Origin: an uncultured Nitrososphaerota archaeon | GTDB lineage: Archaea > Thermoproteota > Methanomethylicia > Methanomethylicales > Methanomethylicaceae | Assembly: GCA_964513415.1 (NCBI GenBank) | Contig: CAZEMX010000003.1 | Span: forward strand, 1 to 50,416 | Length of the DNA: 50,416 nt | Direction of reading: 5' to 3' | In this document: one piece after another, positions 1 to 9,031 of the stretch | Position numbering within the stretch: the stretch's first letter is position 1 | Layout of the letters: each line of letters begins with the position of its first letter | Notes under the pieces: model-generated | Database searches by the model: none | Seen by the model: only the letters and a program-made list of their open reading frames with translations | What the model was told of the DNA's origin: nothing | Position numbers and translations under genes: made by a program

Positions 1-35
1 ACATCCTGAACCCAGGCAAGCTGGGTATCCGTTAA
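1..35 (+). CDS. 3' end of a FAD-linked oxidase (GlcD / D-lactate dehydrogenase-like), truncated by the window edge
   Basis: The frame from nt 3 reads ILNPGKLGIR-stop (TAA 33-35). An ILNPGK ending is typical of FAD-oxidase C-terminal domains. AGGAGG (36-41) and the Fe-S/CCG partner gene follow. Confidence 0.45.
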   Translation, partial: ILNPGKLGIR

Positions 36-49
36 AGGAGGCATAAAGA

Positions 50-1291
50 ATGTCCCATCTATTGAAGAACAAGAATTTAGAGATTGCAAAGATCTACGAC
101 TATGTCTCAATGTGCACGCACTGCGGCAACTGCAAATACGGCTATGAGTACGGTCCAGAAAGCAACTTCGCAGCCATGTTATGCGTCCAGGGCGACAAGT
201 TCAACTTTGACTCCTACAGAGGAAGCAGGGGCAAGGTTTCCCTCGCAAGGTCGATCATGCACAACAGGATTGGCTTCTCCGACGCCGTTGCACACGTGTT
301 ATTCACCTGCACCGGCTGTGGCGCATGCCAGCAGATGTGCGAGACCGACATAAAGCCATACATCCTCAGGATGTTTGAGGCTCTGAGGGCAGACGCATGG
401 AAGCAGAACGTGAAGATACCTGCGAACATCAAGGCTTGGAGCGACACAATCGGAAAGAACTACAACCCGTACAAAGAGAAGCACGAGAAGCGCCTTGACT
501 GGATTCCCAGCAGCATAAAGTCCTCTTTGCCGAAGAAGGCCGAGTACCTCTACTTCGTAGGGTGCACCGCCTCCTACAGGCAGAAGGAAGTTGCACTGGC
601 AACAGTAAGGTTGCTGCAGAAGCTCAAGGTCGACTTCACGATAGTCGACGATGAGTGGTGCTGCGCATCTCCATTGCTCCGCACAGGTCAGTATGACCTA
701 GCCAAGGACTTCGTTGAGCACAACTCCGCATTGCCAGACAAGTACAAGGCATCCGCATTCATAACCACATGCTCAGGATGCTACAGGACGCTCTCCAGGG
801 ACTACAAGATGGATGCCCCTGAAGGCTACGCAGACAAGTATGGCAAGAACCTTCCAAACACAAAGGTACTCCACACGACCCAGCTCGTCGAAGAGATGCT
901 GAACAAGGGCGAGATAGAGTTCACCGGCAAGTTTGCCCAGAAGGTGACCTACCACGACCCATGCCACCTCGGCAGGCACGCAGAGGTCTACGACGCTCCT
1001 AGAAACATCCTCAAGAAAGTTCCAGGTCTGGAATTTGTTGAGATGTACAGGAACAAGAAGTTCTCCTTCTGCTGCGGCGCAGGCGGCGGCGTGAGGGGTG
1101 GGTTTGCAGACTACTCGCTCGAGACAGCAACGAAGCGTGTTAAAGAGGCCGAGGCGACCGGTGCACAGGTGCTCACAAGCGCTTGCCCGTTCTGCTACAC
1201 CAACCTTCACGATGCGATCGAGATGAACAAGTCTCCGCTCAAGTTCGAGGATATAATCCAGATCATTGAGCCGATCGTGAAGCGGAAGTAA
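50..1291 (+). CDS. Fe-S oxidoreductase with two 4Fe-4S motifs and two CCG Cys-rich domains (GlcF / HdrD / LutA-like)
   Basis: Motifs CTHCGNCK and CTGCGACQQMC, then FVGCTASY...CSGC and YHDPCHLGR...FCCGAGGG...CPFC. An SD-like AGGAGG lies upstream. It follows a GlcD-like gene end. Confidence 0.85.
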   Translation: MSHLLKNKNLEIAKIYDYVSMCTHCGNCKYGYEYGPESNFAAMLCVQGDKFNFDSYRGSRGKVSLARSIMHNRIGFSDAVAHVLFTCTGCGACQQMCETDIKPYILRMFEALRADAWKQNVKIPANIKAWSDTIGKNYNPYKEKHEKRLDWIPSSIKSSLPKKAEYLYFVGCTASYRQKEVALATVRLLQKLKVDFTIVDDEWCCASPLLRTGQYDLAKDFVEHNSALPDKYKASAFITTCSGCYRTLSRDYKMDAPEGYADKYGKNLPNTKVLHTTQLVEEMLNKGEIEFTGKFAQKVTYHDPCHLGRHAEVYDAPRNILKKVPGLEFVEMYRNKKFSFCCGAGGGVRGGFADYSLETATKRVKEAEATGAQVLTSACPFCYTNLHDAIEMNKSPLKFEDIIQIIEPIVKRK

Positions 1292-1296
1292 AACTT

Positions 1297-1316
1297 CCCC
1301 TTTTTTCTTTTTTCTC
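1297..1316 (+). terminator. oligo-T terminator tracts
   Basis: T6 (1301-1306) and T6 (1308-1313) lie just after the TAA at 1289-1291. Confidence 0.5.
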
Positions 1317-1379
1317 TACTTCTACCGCCGCCTTCCTCCTACAGAAAATTTATTAAATCTATTCCGTTTTGCATCCATT

Positions 1380-2420
1380 ATGTCCTTCTTTGCGATCAAC
1401 GGTCTTCTGGACCCTGACGAAAGGGATTCGGTCGTAAAGAAGAAGCTCGAATGCATGCGCAACGGCTACTCTGCGGTGCCGTTCAGGGATCCGCTGGATG
1501 GTTTCATCAGCGCACTGAACATGGGCTTCAATACAGTGCGCATAGACGTGGAAGGCTGGCTGACGCCAACCCCTCCCGAAGCACTGCGATTCATGACCGC
1601 GGTTGAGAATTATGTCTCATTCATAGACTCTAACGGATGCCTTGAGTACGCCAACAAGGTGAGGGACGCCATTTCATCGAAACTTGGGCAAATCCCCCTG
1701 CTCTTAGGAGTGGACCACTCGCTTACCGGCGGGGCAGTAGCGGCGTTGGCAAAGGAGTACGGCGGGGAGAGCATGCGCCTCATAGTCTTCGACAGCCATT
1801 TCGACTTCATATTGCCTACCATAAGGTGCGGCCTCATACAATATGATCTCGAGACGAACCCTGCGACCCGCTTCTCTCCAGAAGACCCTTACATCTTCGG
1901 CCGGCCTGACAGCTACAATGCCGACTCGTTCCTGCACTATGTTCTGAATGATGTCCCGCCAGAGAACATCCTCGTCGTCGGCGTTTCTGATTACCCTCCG
2001 CGGGTTGCCCGTGAGATAGACGACGATCGCGTCAAGCGCTATCTCGATTACTACGCTGGTCTCGAATCCCAGGGAGTGACAGTGATAAAGAAGGCCGACA
2101 TAAAATCCTCCAGAGCAGACGTATGCGCAAAACTCTCCAGCTCTGACAAACCGTATACGTATGTATCGATAGACGTCGACGTATGTTCGAACACATCGCT
2201 TAAGGGCGCCCGCTTCTTGGACTACCACGGGGTAGACCACCGCGACCTGTATGGCCTTGTCGCTGCAATAGCCAAGTCGACAGGCAAGTCCAAGTTGGTG
2301 GGCATAGACTTTATGGAGTTTGACGTATTCTCCGCAGGCGCCGTCCTCTCCGGCAAGCAAGACCGTACCTACGCGATCATGGCCGAGGCGTTCCGCCGTC
2401 TCACCCAAGAGCAAACTTAG
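1380..2420 (+). CDS. arginase/agmatinase/formiminoglutamase-family ureohydrolase (divergent)
   Basis: Metal-site motifs in the family order: LGVDHSLTGG, VFDSHFDF, VSIDVDV, GIDFMEFD. A TATA-like AAAATTTATTAAAT lies about 30 nt upstream. Confidence 0.7.
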   Translation: MSFFAINGLLDPDERDSVVKKKLECMRNGYSAVPFRDPLDGFISALNMGFNTVRIDVEGWLTPTPPEALRFMTAVENYVSFIDSNGCLEYANKVRDAISSKLGQIPLLLGVDHSLTGGAVAALAKEYGGESMRLIVFDSHFDFILPTIRCGLIQYDLETNPATRFSPEDPYIFGRPDSYNADSFLHYVLNDVPPENILVVGVSDYPPRVAREIDDDRVKRYLDYYAGLESQGVTVIKKADIKSSRADVCAKLSSSDKPYTYVSIDVDVCSNTSLKGARFLDYHGVDHRDLYGLVAAIAKSTGKSKLVGIDFMEFDVFSAGAVLSGKQDRTYAIMAEAFRRLTQEQT

Positions 2421-2501
2421 TCAATTGACGATTATTTTAACGATAATAGCCGACAAATAACATTATATACTTCGACAACCATCTATTAATCGCTGACAAA
2501 A

Positions 2502-2615
2502 ATGTCCCTCCAGATTGTTAAGCGCGTAGTAAAGGCAAAGCGGAAGAAGCCGGTGGAGTCGAGAGCCAAGGCTCTATGGGAGAGCCCGCTTGAGGAATGG
2601 GAACCGCAGAAGTAG
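2502..2615 (+). CDS. candidate 37-aa basic small protein (not in ORF track)
   Basis: ATG 2502 to TAG 2613-2615 encodes MSLQIVKRVVKAKRKKPVESRAKALWESPLEEWEPQK. TTATATA at 2463-2469 sits about 35 nt upstream. No family recognised. Confidence 0.2.
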   Translation: MSLQIVKRVVKAKRKKPVESRAKALWESPLEEWEPQK

Positions 2616-2663
2616 CGATAGTGATAATACCCGCTGTTTCTATGTTATATTGGGGTTTATCGA

Positions 2664-3488
2664 ATGAGCATTTTAGCATTCGCTATCACCGATACTATTT
2701 TAGACTTCCTTTCATCTGCTCTTGGGGTAATCATCGTCCTGGTCATACTGTTATGGTTCCTATCCTCATCGCTGAAGATCGTAAAGGAATACGAGCGTGC
2801 CGTCATCTTCAGGCTAGGTCGGCTGGTAGGCGCCAAGGGACCCGGGATCTTCTTCATCATACCGATAATCGATACTCTGCGCAAGGTCGACCTCCGTATT
2901 CTCACCTTCGATGTTCCAAAACAGATGATCATAACGCGCGACAACATCACTGTAAATGTAGACGCTGTAGTTTACTACCGCGTATTTGACCCTAGCCTAG
3001 CGATTACCAAGGTCGAGAATTACATGCTCTCAACAAACCTTTTGGCGCAGACGACACTCCGCGACATACTCGGCCAAGTCGAACTCGATGAGCTGCTCGC
3101 CAAGAGGGATGAGCTTAATCAAAAGTTGCAGAGCTCCTTGGATAGGCCCACTGATCCATGGGGAATAAAAGTTACTGCCGTTGTAATCAAGGATGTATCT
3201 ATCCCCGAAGGGATGCAGCGCGCTATGGCAAAGCAGGCGGAGGCGGAGCGCGAGAGGCGATCCAGGATAATCATCGCAGAGGGCGAGCAGCAGGCTGCCC
3301 AGAAGATGAGCGAGGCCGCTGCACTGTATGCAAAGAGCCCATTTGCCCTCAAACTGCGGGAGTTCCAGATGATAACGGAGGTCGCCAGAGAGAAGAACCT
3401 CATCCTCGTAACCTCCTCCCCCGATCAGAAAGCCGTCGGCGACGTAGCCGCCGTGGCAAAGGCCTTGGATAAGCAAAAAGCTGGGTAA
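2664..3488 (+). CDS. SPFH/band-7 stomatin-like protein
   Basis: N-terminal TM segment, then KIVKEYERAVIFRLGR...IITRDN...VDAVVYYRV and a coiled-coil AEAERERR tail. Paired with an NfeD gene 6 nt downstream. Confidence 0.9.
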   Translation: MSILAFAITDTILDFLSSALGVIIVLVILLWFLSSSLKIVKEYERAVIFRLGRLVGAKGPGIFFIIPIIDTLRKVDLRILTFDVPKQMIITRDNITVNVDAVVYYRVFDPSLAITKVENYMLSTNLLAQTTLRDILGQVELDELLAKRDELNQKLQSSLDRPTDPWGIKVTAVVIKDVSIPEGMQRAMAKQAEAERERRSRIIIAEGEQQAAQKMSEAAALYAKSPFALKLREFQMITEVAREKNLILVTSSPDQKAVGDVAAVAKALDKQKAG

Positions 3489-3494
3489 TCCTGA

Positions 3495-4820
3495 ATGAGT
3501 AGAAAACGAGGAGGGCTTTTTTTATTAACCCTCTCTCTAACCATCCTCTTTTTGGCATCCGCATACGGTCCAGTTATGGCCGCCTCTGAGAACCGCGTGC
3601 TTGACTTCAGGCTGACCGGGACCATCACTTCTGCCCATGCTGACGCATTCGAGGACGCTCTTGCGGTAGCAGCGTCTGGCAACTATTCCGCGGTGGTTAT
3701 CGAGATCTCCACGCCGGGTGGGAGCGTTGACGCCATGCTGCGGATCATCGCTGCCATAGACAGCTCCCCCATTCCCGTGCTGCTGCTGGTTGCCCCTGCA
3801 GGGTCATCCGCATGGTCCGCGGGCACATATATCCTCATGGCTGCGCACGTCTCGGCAATGGCCCCCAATACTGTTATTGGGTCCTGTCAGCCGATCTCAT
3901 ACTCTCCCTTAGGGAGTTCCGCAATCAACGACAGCAAGACGATCAACGCGCTCGTCGAGGTCATGGCGACTCATGCGCAGGCCCGCGGAAGGAACCAATC
4001 CCTTGCAACAAGCTTCGTGATCGAAAACACAAACGTAGATGACGGCGAGGCGTTGCTGTATGGCGTTATCGATTACCGCGCAAATTCCCTGACGAGTTTC
4101 CTCGAACAAGCTGATGGCAAGCAGGTGGCGCTATCGTCCGGAACCGTCGCGCTTAACACAAAAGATGCCGCAGTTACCGAATACGGGTATCGCTTGAGGG
4201 AGATTCTGCTGAATTCTATCGCGGATCCCCTGGTCTCAAGTCTCCTCTTCATGATAGGCATATTTGCGCTAATATTCGGATTCTCGGCGCCAGGTCACGG
4301 CGGTGAGGTTCTAGGCGCCCTGGCGATACTGATGGCCCTCATCGGAATGGGATTTAGCGTCAATGCAATATCTTTTATCATGGTTATTGGCGGCGCTATC
4401 CTGCTTATCTACGAACTGGCTACGCCAGGGTTTGGTTTATTTGGCATCTCCGGGATAATATTGCTTGCATTGGGGGCGCTATTCCTGATACCATTCTCGC
4501 CAGAAACCTGGGCCATATCTGCCGGCTGGTACGATGCTTTCACTGCAACGATAGTCGTGTCGACGATCTGCATCGCCGCGCTATTCATCTTCGCTATCTA
4601 CAAGGTCCTGCAGATTAGGCGGAAGAAGCCGGTGATAGGGGCGATTCTTGGCGAGACCGTCGTACCTGCGAATGATGCAGGGCCGGGTGTCAAGACCTTC
4701 GTTATGTACAACGGCGAATACTGGGAGGCGAAGAGCGGGAAGGGCATGGTAGCAGGCAGAAGGTATACCGTCGTTGGCAAAGACGGCCCAGTCCTTATTC
4801 TTGAGGAGTCTCCGCAATAG
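3495..4820 (+). CDS. NfeD-family membrane-bound ClpP-class serine protease (stomatin operon partner)
   Basis: Signal/TM segment, protease-like VVIEISTPGGSVDAML, several TM helices, and a C-terminal OB-like GEYWEAKS...VVGKDGPVLILEE. Confidence 0.9.
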   Translation: MSRKRGGLFLLTLSLTILFLASAYGPVMAASENRVLDFRLTGTITSAHADAFEDALAVAASGNYSAVVIEISTPGGSVDAMLRIIAAIDSSPIPVLLLVAPAGSSAWSAGTYILMAAHVSAMAPNTVIGSCQPISYSPLGSSAINDSKTINALVEVMATHAQARGRNQSLATSFVIENTNVDDGEALLYGVIDYRANSLTSFLEQADGKQVALSSGTVALNTKDAAVTEYGYRLREILLNSIADPLVSSLLFMIGIFALIFGFSAPGHGGEVLGALAILMALIGMGFSVNAISFIMVIGGAILLIYELATPGFGLFGISGIILLALGALFLIPFSPETWAISAGWYDAFTATIVVSTICIAALFIFAIYKVLQIRRKKPVIGAILGETVVPANDAGPGVKTFVMYNGEYWEAKSGKGMVAGRRYTVVGKDGPVLILEESPQ

Positions 4821-4862
4821 GTATTTTTACCTGAAGCGCGTAATATGCGTCAATGATGAAGC

Positions 4863-5549
4863 ATGTTCTCGGCATTTCTATTTGATCTAGACGGCACCAT
4901 ACTGAATTCCAGAAAGCCGTTTATCATTGCGTACAACCGCGCCCTGACCAAACGCGGGCTGTCTCCCCTGCCTTCTAACGAAGATAGCGCCATAAAGATA
5001 CTCCGCAATCCCGTCGAGTCTATCTTCCCTGTGTTGCTCGGCCCTAAAAGATGCCAGGACGATGCCTTTGTCGAGTCGTTCGTTGATGACCTGAAGGAGG
5101 CCTACGGTGATGTTTATCTTGGAAACACGTCGCTCAGCCCTAACGCTTGCGAAACCCTGACCTTTCTTAGGGAAGCAGGCAACAAGATAGGCATAGTCAC
5201 CTCGAGGCTGTCGTTTGCCGACTATGTCATCCCATCCCTCAACAGCCTGGGCGTCGGAAAGCTTGTCGACATCGTCGTGACCTCAAAGGATGTGTCCTGT
5301 ACAAAGCCTTCGCCTGATCCCTATCTGCTTGGCGCCGAGAAGCTGGGCAAAGCCCCGCGGGAATGCGTCGTGGTCGGGGACTCGCCCGAAGATGTGGTAG
5401 CGGGTAAGGCGGCCGGCATGTTTACCGTCGCATACACCAACGGCTTCTACACCTTCGATGAACTCGCAAAAAAGAGTGCAGACATGGTCATCGATGACCT
5501 GGCAAAACTCCTGCCGCTGTGGTCCATCTCATCTGTGGAAAAACTTTAA
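4863..5549 (+). CDS. HAD-superfamily phosphatase (PGP/Gph-like, subfamily IA)
   Basis: Motif I FLFDLDGT, motif II VTSR, motif IV VVVGDSPEDV. Confidence 0.85.
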   Translation: MFSAFLFDLDGTILNSRKPFIIAYNRALTKRGLSPLPSNEDSAIKILRNPVESIFPVLLGPKRCQDDAFVESFVDDLKEAYGDVYLGNTSLSPNACETLTFLREAGNKIGIVTSRLSFADYVIPSLNSLGVGKLVDIVVTSKDVSCTKPSPDPYLLGAEKLGKAPRECVVVGDSPEDVVAGKAAGMFTVAYTNGFYTFDELAKKSADMVIDDLAKLLPLWSISSVEKL

Positions 5550-5570
5550 GAAATCACTCCGATAGTAACC

Positions 5571-6344
5571 TTGAGGAGATTTCTTATGACATTCAGCATT
5601 GATGGCATGTCCCTCTATGAGACTGGGCTAATGGAATCTCAAAAGCCGGTCGTCCTCTGCGGCCTGCCCGATATCGGCCTCGTCGGCATAATCGCTGTCT
5701 CGCACATAATTAAAGAGATTGGGATGGAGGAGGTCGGCTACATCGATTCTGATATGTTCCCGCCGGTCGTGGTCTTCCACCACGGCGAGCCCAAATACCC
5801 CATAAGGATATTCCAGAAGGGGAATCTCATAGCCCTCTTCACCGAGACTGCCTTATCCCCTGAATCCCTCTCGCCCCTCTCCAAACTGATCGTGAAATGG
5901 GCAAAGGACAAAGGCGCATCGTTGCTGGTCTCCATCGGAGGCATTGGCGTCCCTAACAGGATCGATCTGGAATCACCCAAGGTATACGGCGCTGCAACAT
6001 CCCTGCAGATGAGGGAGAGCATAAAGAATCTGGGCATACCCCTCATGGAGGAGGGATTTCTTGTGGGCCCCTACGCCCTCATCTCAAAGGAGTCAAAGGT
6101 TGAATCTGTACCCAACCTCCTGCTGCTGGCAGAGTCGTTTCCGCAATACCCCGATCCAGGCGCAGCCGCGAACGTAATCTTGGAGCTGAAGAAGTTCGCA
6201 CCAATGGACGTGGGGGTCAAGTCGTTGACCGAACGTTCCGAAGAGATAAGGATGAACGCGAGGGAACTCATGCGCAAGACCACTGAGAATATGCAGAAGA
6301 TGGGCAAGTCGCAGGAATACGAACTCCCGATGATGTACCTCTAG
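5571..6344 (+). CDS. PAC2-family proteasome assembly chaperone (PbaA/PbaB-like) with a C-terminal HbYX motif
   Basis: About 250 aa with PAC2-like GLPDIGLVG and a C-terminus ...LPMMYL (Met-Tyr-Leu = HbYX). The start is TTG 5571 or ATG 5586. Confidence 0.75.
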   Translation: MRRFLMTFSIDGMSLYETGLMESQKPVVLCGLPDIGLVGIIAVSHIIKEIGMEEVGYIDSDMFPPVVVFHHGEPKYPIRIFQKGNLIALFTETALSPESLSPLSKLIVKWAKDKGASLLVSIGGIGVPNRIDLESPKVYGAATSLQMRESIKNLGIPLMEEGFLVGPYALISKESKVESVPNLLLLAESFPQYPDPGAAANVILELKKFAPMDVGVKSLTERSEEIRMNARELMRKTTENMQKMGKSQEYELPMMYL

Positions 6345-6350
6345 GAGGCC

Positions 6351-6749
6351 GTGTCTGTGCCAAGGAAGCTACCTGCAAATTCAGGAAGCGAATGGCTCGC
6401 TGGCGCTATGTGGGACCATGTAGAAGGGTGCCTTGAACCGCTCTCCGAGCTCCAAGAGACCGAGCTGGAGATCATACTCCGGGTCGATATTCCATGCGTA
6501 AAAAGGAAAGAAGACATCAGTGTAAAGCTTACCGAGGATAGCGCCACAATAGAGGCGGAGATGGAGAAGGTCATCCAGTATGAGAAGTGGGGCACATTCC
6601 AGAGGCAGGCCCGATTCTTCAGGTACTCCAAGACCTTTATCCTGCCTTCGAAGATAGACCCCGAGTTCTCCAAGGCGCGTTTCAAGAATAAGGTGCTTGA
6701 GCTCCGGCTGCCAAAGAAGGAGAGGCGCTTCACTGTAAATGTGGATTGA
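6351..6749 (+). CDS. Hsp20/alpha-crystallin small heat-shock protein
   Basis: Alpha-crystallin domain pattern (LEIILRVDIPCV...ISVKL...FFRYSKTFILPSKID...KARFKNKVLELRLPKK). GTG start preceded by GGAGG. Confidence 0.85.
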   Translation: MSVPRKLPANSGSEWLAGAMWDHVEGCLEPLSELQETELEIILRVDIPCVKRKEDISVKLTEDSATIEAEMEKVIQYEKWGTFQRQARFFRYSKTFILPSKIDPEFSKARFKNKVLELRLPKKERRFTVNVD

Positions 6750-7848
6750 CCTCTCCTCTCCCCATTTTTTCCATTACTCTCTTAATGATGTCGATGCTAT
6801 CGTAAAACTCCTCTATGGACACATTCTCCAGCGGCGTGTGGTCTAGCTTCGAGTTGCCTGGGCCATAGACGACCGCAGAGGTTTTGTTTCTACTCACAAA
6901 ATCATTCACATCGCTTGTCCCTGTCTTGCGTGATAGCCTGCAATCTTTGCCGCTCTTCTCCTTGATCGCGTCCCTGAATGCCTGAACCAGCCTTGACTTC
7001 GGGTCCTCCTGGAAGGGGGCGTTCTCATCAATGAACTCATACTCGATCTTTGCCTTAAGCTCATTGTTGCGCGCCCCCTCGACCAAGTCCTCCAGCTCCT
7101 TCTTTATCTCGGAGGTGCTCTTGGAACCGGGCACCCTAATGTCGACCACCACCTCGCAGCAGTCTGGGACAGTGTTGTCCTGCTTTCCACCATTCATCAA
7201 GGTGACGCAGAGCGTCGGGTTCGAATAAGCATCCCCGCCCTGCGCCCACTCTGCCTCCTTCTTCCGGAGCCTATCGACTATCCCCATTGCAACATAGATC
7301 GCATTCTCGAAGAGCTGCGGGGCGCTCGCATGCCCTGCCGTGGTCAGGCACCTCACTCTCATGACCAGCCTGCCCTTGTAAGCTACCGTAACCGCATACG
7401 TGCCGCTGGGCTCTCCGAATATGGCATAATCGAACCTCTCGTTGCACCTTGATGCGAAGTGCTTCATGCCCCTGCTCTTACCCTCCTCGTCGACTACAGC
7501 AAGCACAACGACAGTCCCCTTGCCCCCCTCCTCTGCATATCTCGCCCCCGCGCAGATTAACGCTGCAAGTGGCGCCTTCGCGTCGACTGCGCCCCTCCCG
7601 AATATGACCTTTCCCTTCCGCTTTACTTCCAAGAAACCCTCTACTGTATCCATGTGACCGCAAAGCAAACACTTTGGCGATCCTGACCCTGCCCTGCCTT
7701 CAACATTTCCGACCTCATCTATCCTGACGCTCAAGCCAAGCTTCTTGAATTCGTCTGCCAGGACGGATGATATTGCCCCCTCATTACCGCTCGGGCTGTA
7801 TGTCTCAAGCATCCTCTGGAGCAGAACCTCTGGATATCCATTATTCAT
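6730..7848 (-). CDS. lysK: M20 peptidase, [LysW]-lysine/[LysW]-ornithine hydrolase (LysK/ArgE-like)
   Basis: M20 motifs (LLCGHMDTV, GRGAVDAKA, DEEG). It is the last gene of the lysX-argC-lysZ-lysJ operon. Confidence 0.85.
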   Translation of the reverse strand: MNNGYPEVLLQRMLETYSPSGNEGAISSVLADEFKKLGLSVRIDEVGNVEGRAGSGSPKCLLCGHMDTVEGFLEVKRKGKVIFGRGAVDAKAPLAALICAGARYAEEGGKGTVVVLAVVDEEGKSRGMKHFASRCNERFDYAIFGEPSGTYAVTVAYKGRLVMRVRCLTTAGHASAPQLFENAIYVAMGIVDRLRKKEAEWAQGGDAYSNPTLCVTLMNGGKQDNTVPDCCEVVVDIRVPGSKSTSEIKKELEDLVEGARNNELKAKIEYEFIDENAPFQEDPKSRLVQAFRDAIKEKSGKDCRLSRKTGTSDVNDFVSRNKTSAVVYGPGNSKLDHTPLENVSIEEFYDSIDIIKRVMEKMGRGEVNPHLQ

Positions 7849-7852
7849 CTAC

Positions 7853-9031
7853 TCAAGCACCGGCCGTCCTCTTCTTCTCCTCTTCCTTTATCGCGCCGCC
7901 GACCACTTGGACCACCCTCTCTGCCTCATGCTCGTTTATTGTCAGAGGAGGAAGCAGGCGGACCACAGTCTTCCCTGCCTCTAAGACTATCACTCCATTA
8001 TTGAGTGCTTCAAGGATGATGCCCATTATCTCGAATCTCATATCGATTCCGATCATGAGCCCCATTCCCCTTACCTCTCTTATCATGTTGCTATTCAGCT
8101 CACTGAAGCCCCTCTTGATGAGCCCTCCTATCTTGGCGGCGTTTTCAACGAGCCCATCCTCCAGCAACGCATCAATCGCGCCAGAGCACGCAGCGCAAGC
8201 CAGCGGGTTCCCTCCGAATGTATTCGAGTGCTCGCCGCGCTTCAAGGAGTCCATTATGTCTGCCCTTGCAAACGTGGCTCCTATCGGCATGCCGCCGCCG
8301 AGCGCCTTGCTCGAGCAGAGTATGTCTGGCTTCACTCCGAAGTGCTGGTGGGCCCATAACTTTCCCGTCCTTCCAAACCCGCTCTGAACCTCATCGAGGA
8401 CCATGACGAGGCCCTTGTCGTCGCATATCTCCCTAACCCGCTTCAGATACTCCGGCGGCGGAACATTGATTCCACCCTCCCCCTGAACCGGCTCAACGAA
8501 GACCGCGCCTGTGTTCTCGTCGATTGCCGTCTCCAGCTTCTCTGCCTTGCCATATGGTGCGAATTTGACGTCGCCGAGCAGCGGCATGAATGGCTCACGG
8601 TACTTCGGTGCCCATGTGAGGGACAGTGCCCCCATGGTCTTGCCATGGTAGCCGTTGACCATTGCCACTATCCCCCTCTTGTTGGTATACTTCCTGCATA
8701 GCTTTATGGCGGTCTCGACCGTCTCGGCGCCAGTGTTTGAAATGAACACCTTGTCGGTACCATCTGGCTTTATCTTGGAGAGCTTGGAAAGGCACTCCTC
8801 CCTCGCGTCATTATAAAATGAACCATGGCATGTCAGGAGCTTCTCTGTCTGCCTCTTTATCGCCTCGACAACCCTGGGGTTGCAGTGCCCGAGCAGCGCA
8901 ACTCCATAGCCGCAGCTGCAGTCTATGTACTCCTTGCCCGCGCTGTCCCATACCTTTGCGCCACTTCCTCGGACCAGAGTTACTGGTCGCTTCCAGAACG
9001 TATCTGCGAGGAAACTGTCTTCGTATCTCAA
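7853..9031 (-). CDS. lysJ: class-III aminotransferase, acetylornithine/[LysW]-aminoadipate semialdehyde aminotransferase (LysJ/ArgD)
   Basis: LVMVLDEVQSGFGRTG and the PLP-Lys motif SSKALGGGMPIG. The TTG start overlaps the lysZ stop by 4 nt. Confidence 0.9.
   Translation of the reverse strand: MRYEDSFLADTFWKRPVTLVRGSGAKVWDSAGKEYIDCSCGYGVALLGHCNPRVVEAIKRQTEKLLTCHGSFYNDAREECLSKLSKIKPDGTDKVFISNTGAETVETAIKLCRKYTNKRGIVAMVNGYHGKTMGALSLTWAPKYREPFMPLLGDVKFAPYGKAEKLETAIDENTGAVFVEPVQGEGGINVPPPEYLKRVREICDDKGLVMVLDEVQSGFGRTGKLWAHQHFGVKPDILCSSKALGGGMPIGATFARADIMDSLKRGEHSNTFGGNPLACAACSGAIDALLEDGLVENAAKIGGLIKRGFSELNSNMIREVRGMGLMIGIDMRFEIMGIILEALNNGVIVLEAGKTVVRLLPPLTINEHEAERVVQVVGGAIKEEEKKRTAGA

Noticed and set aside
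4821-4862. C/D-box sRNA suggested by AATGATGAA (about 4850-4858) and a CTGA at about 4831.
   Set aside because: The box order is wrong (the D-like box precedes the C-like box) and there is no terminal stem or second box pair. ATGATGA overlaps the ribosome-binding and start region of the HAD gene.
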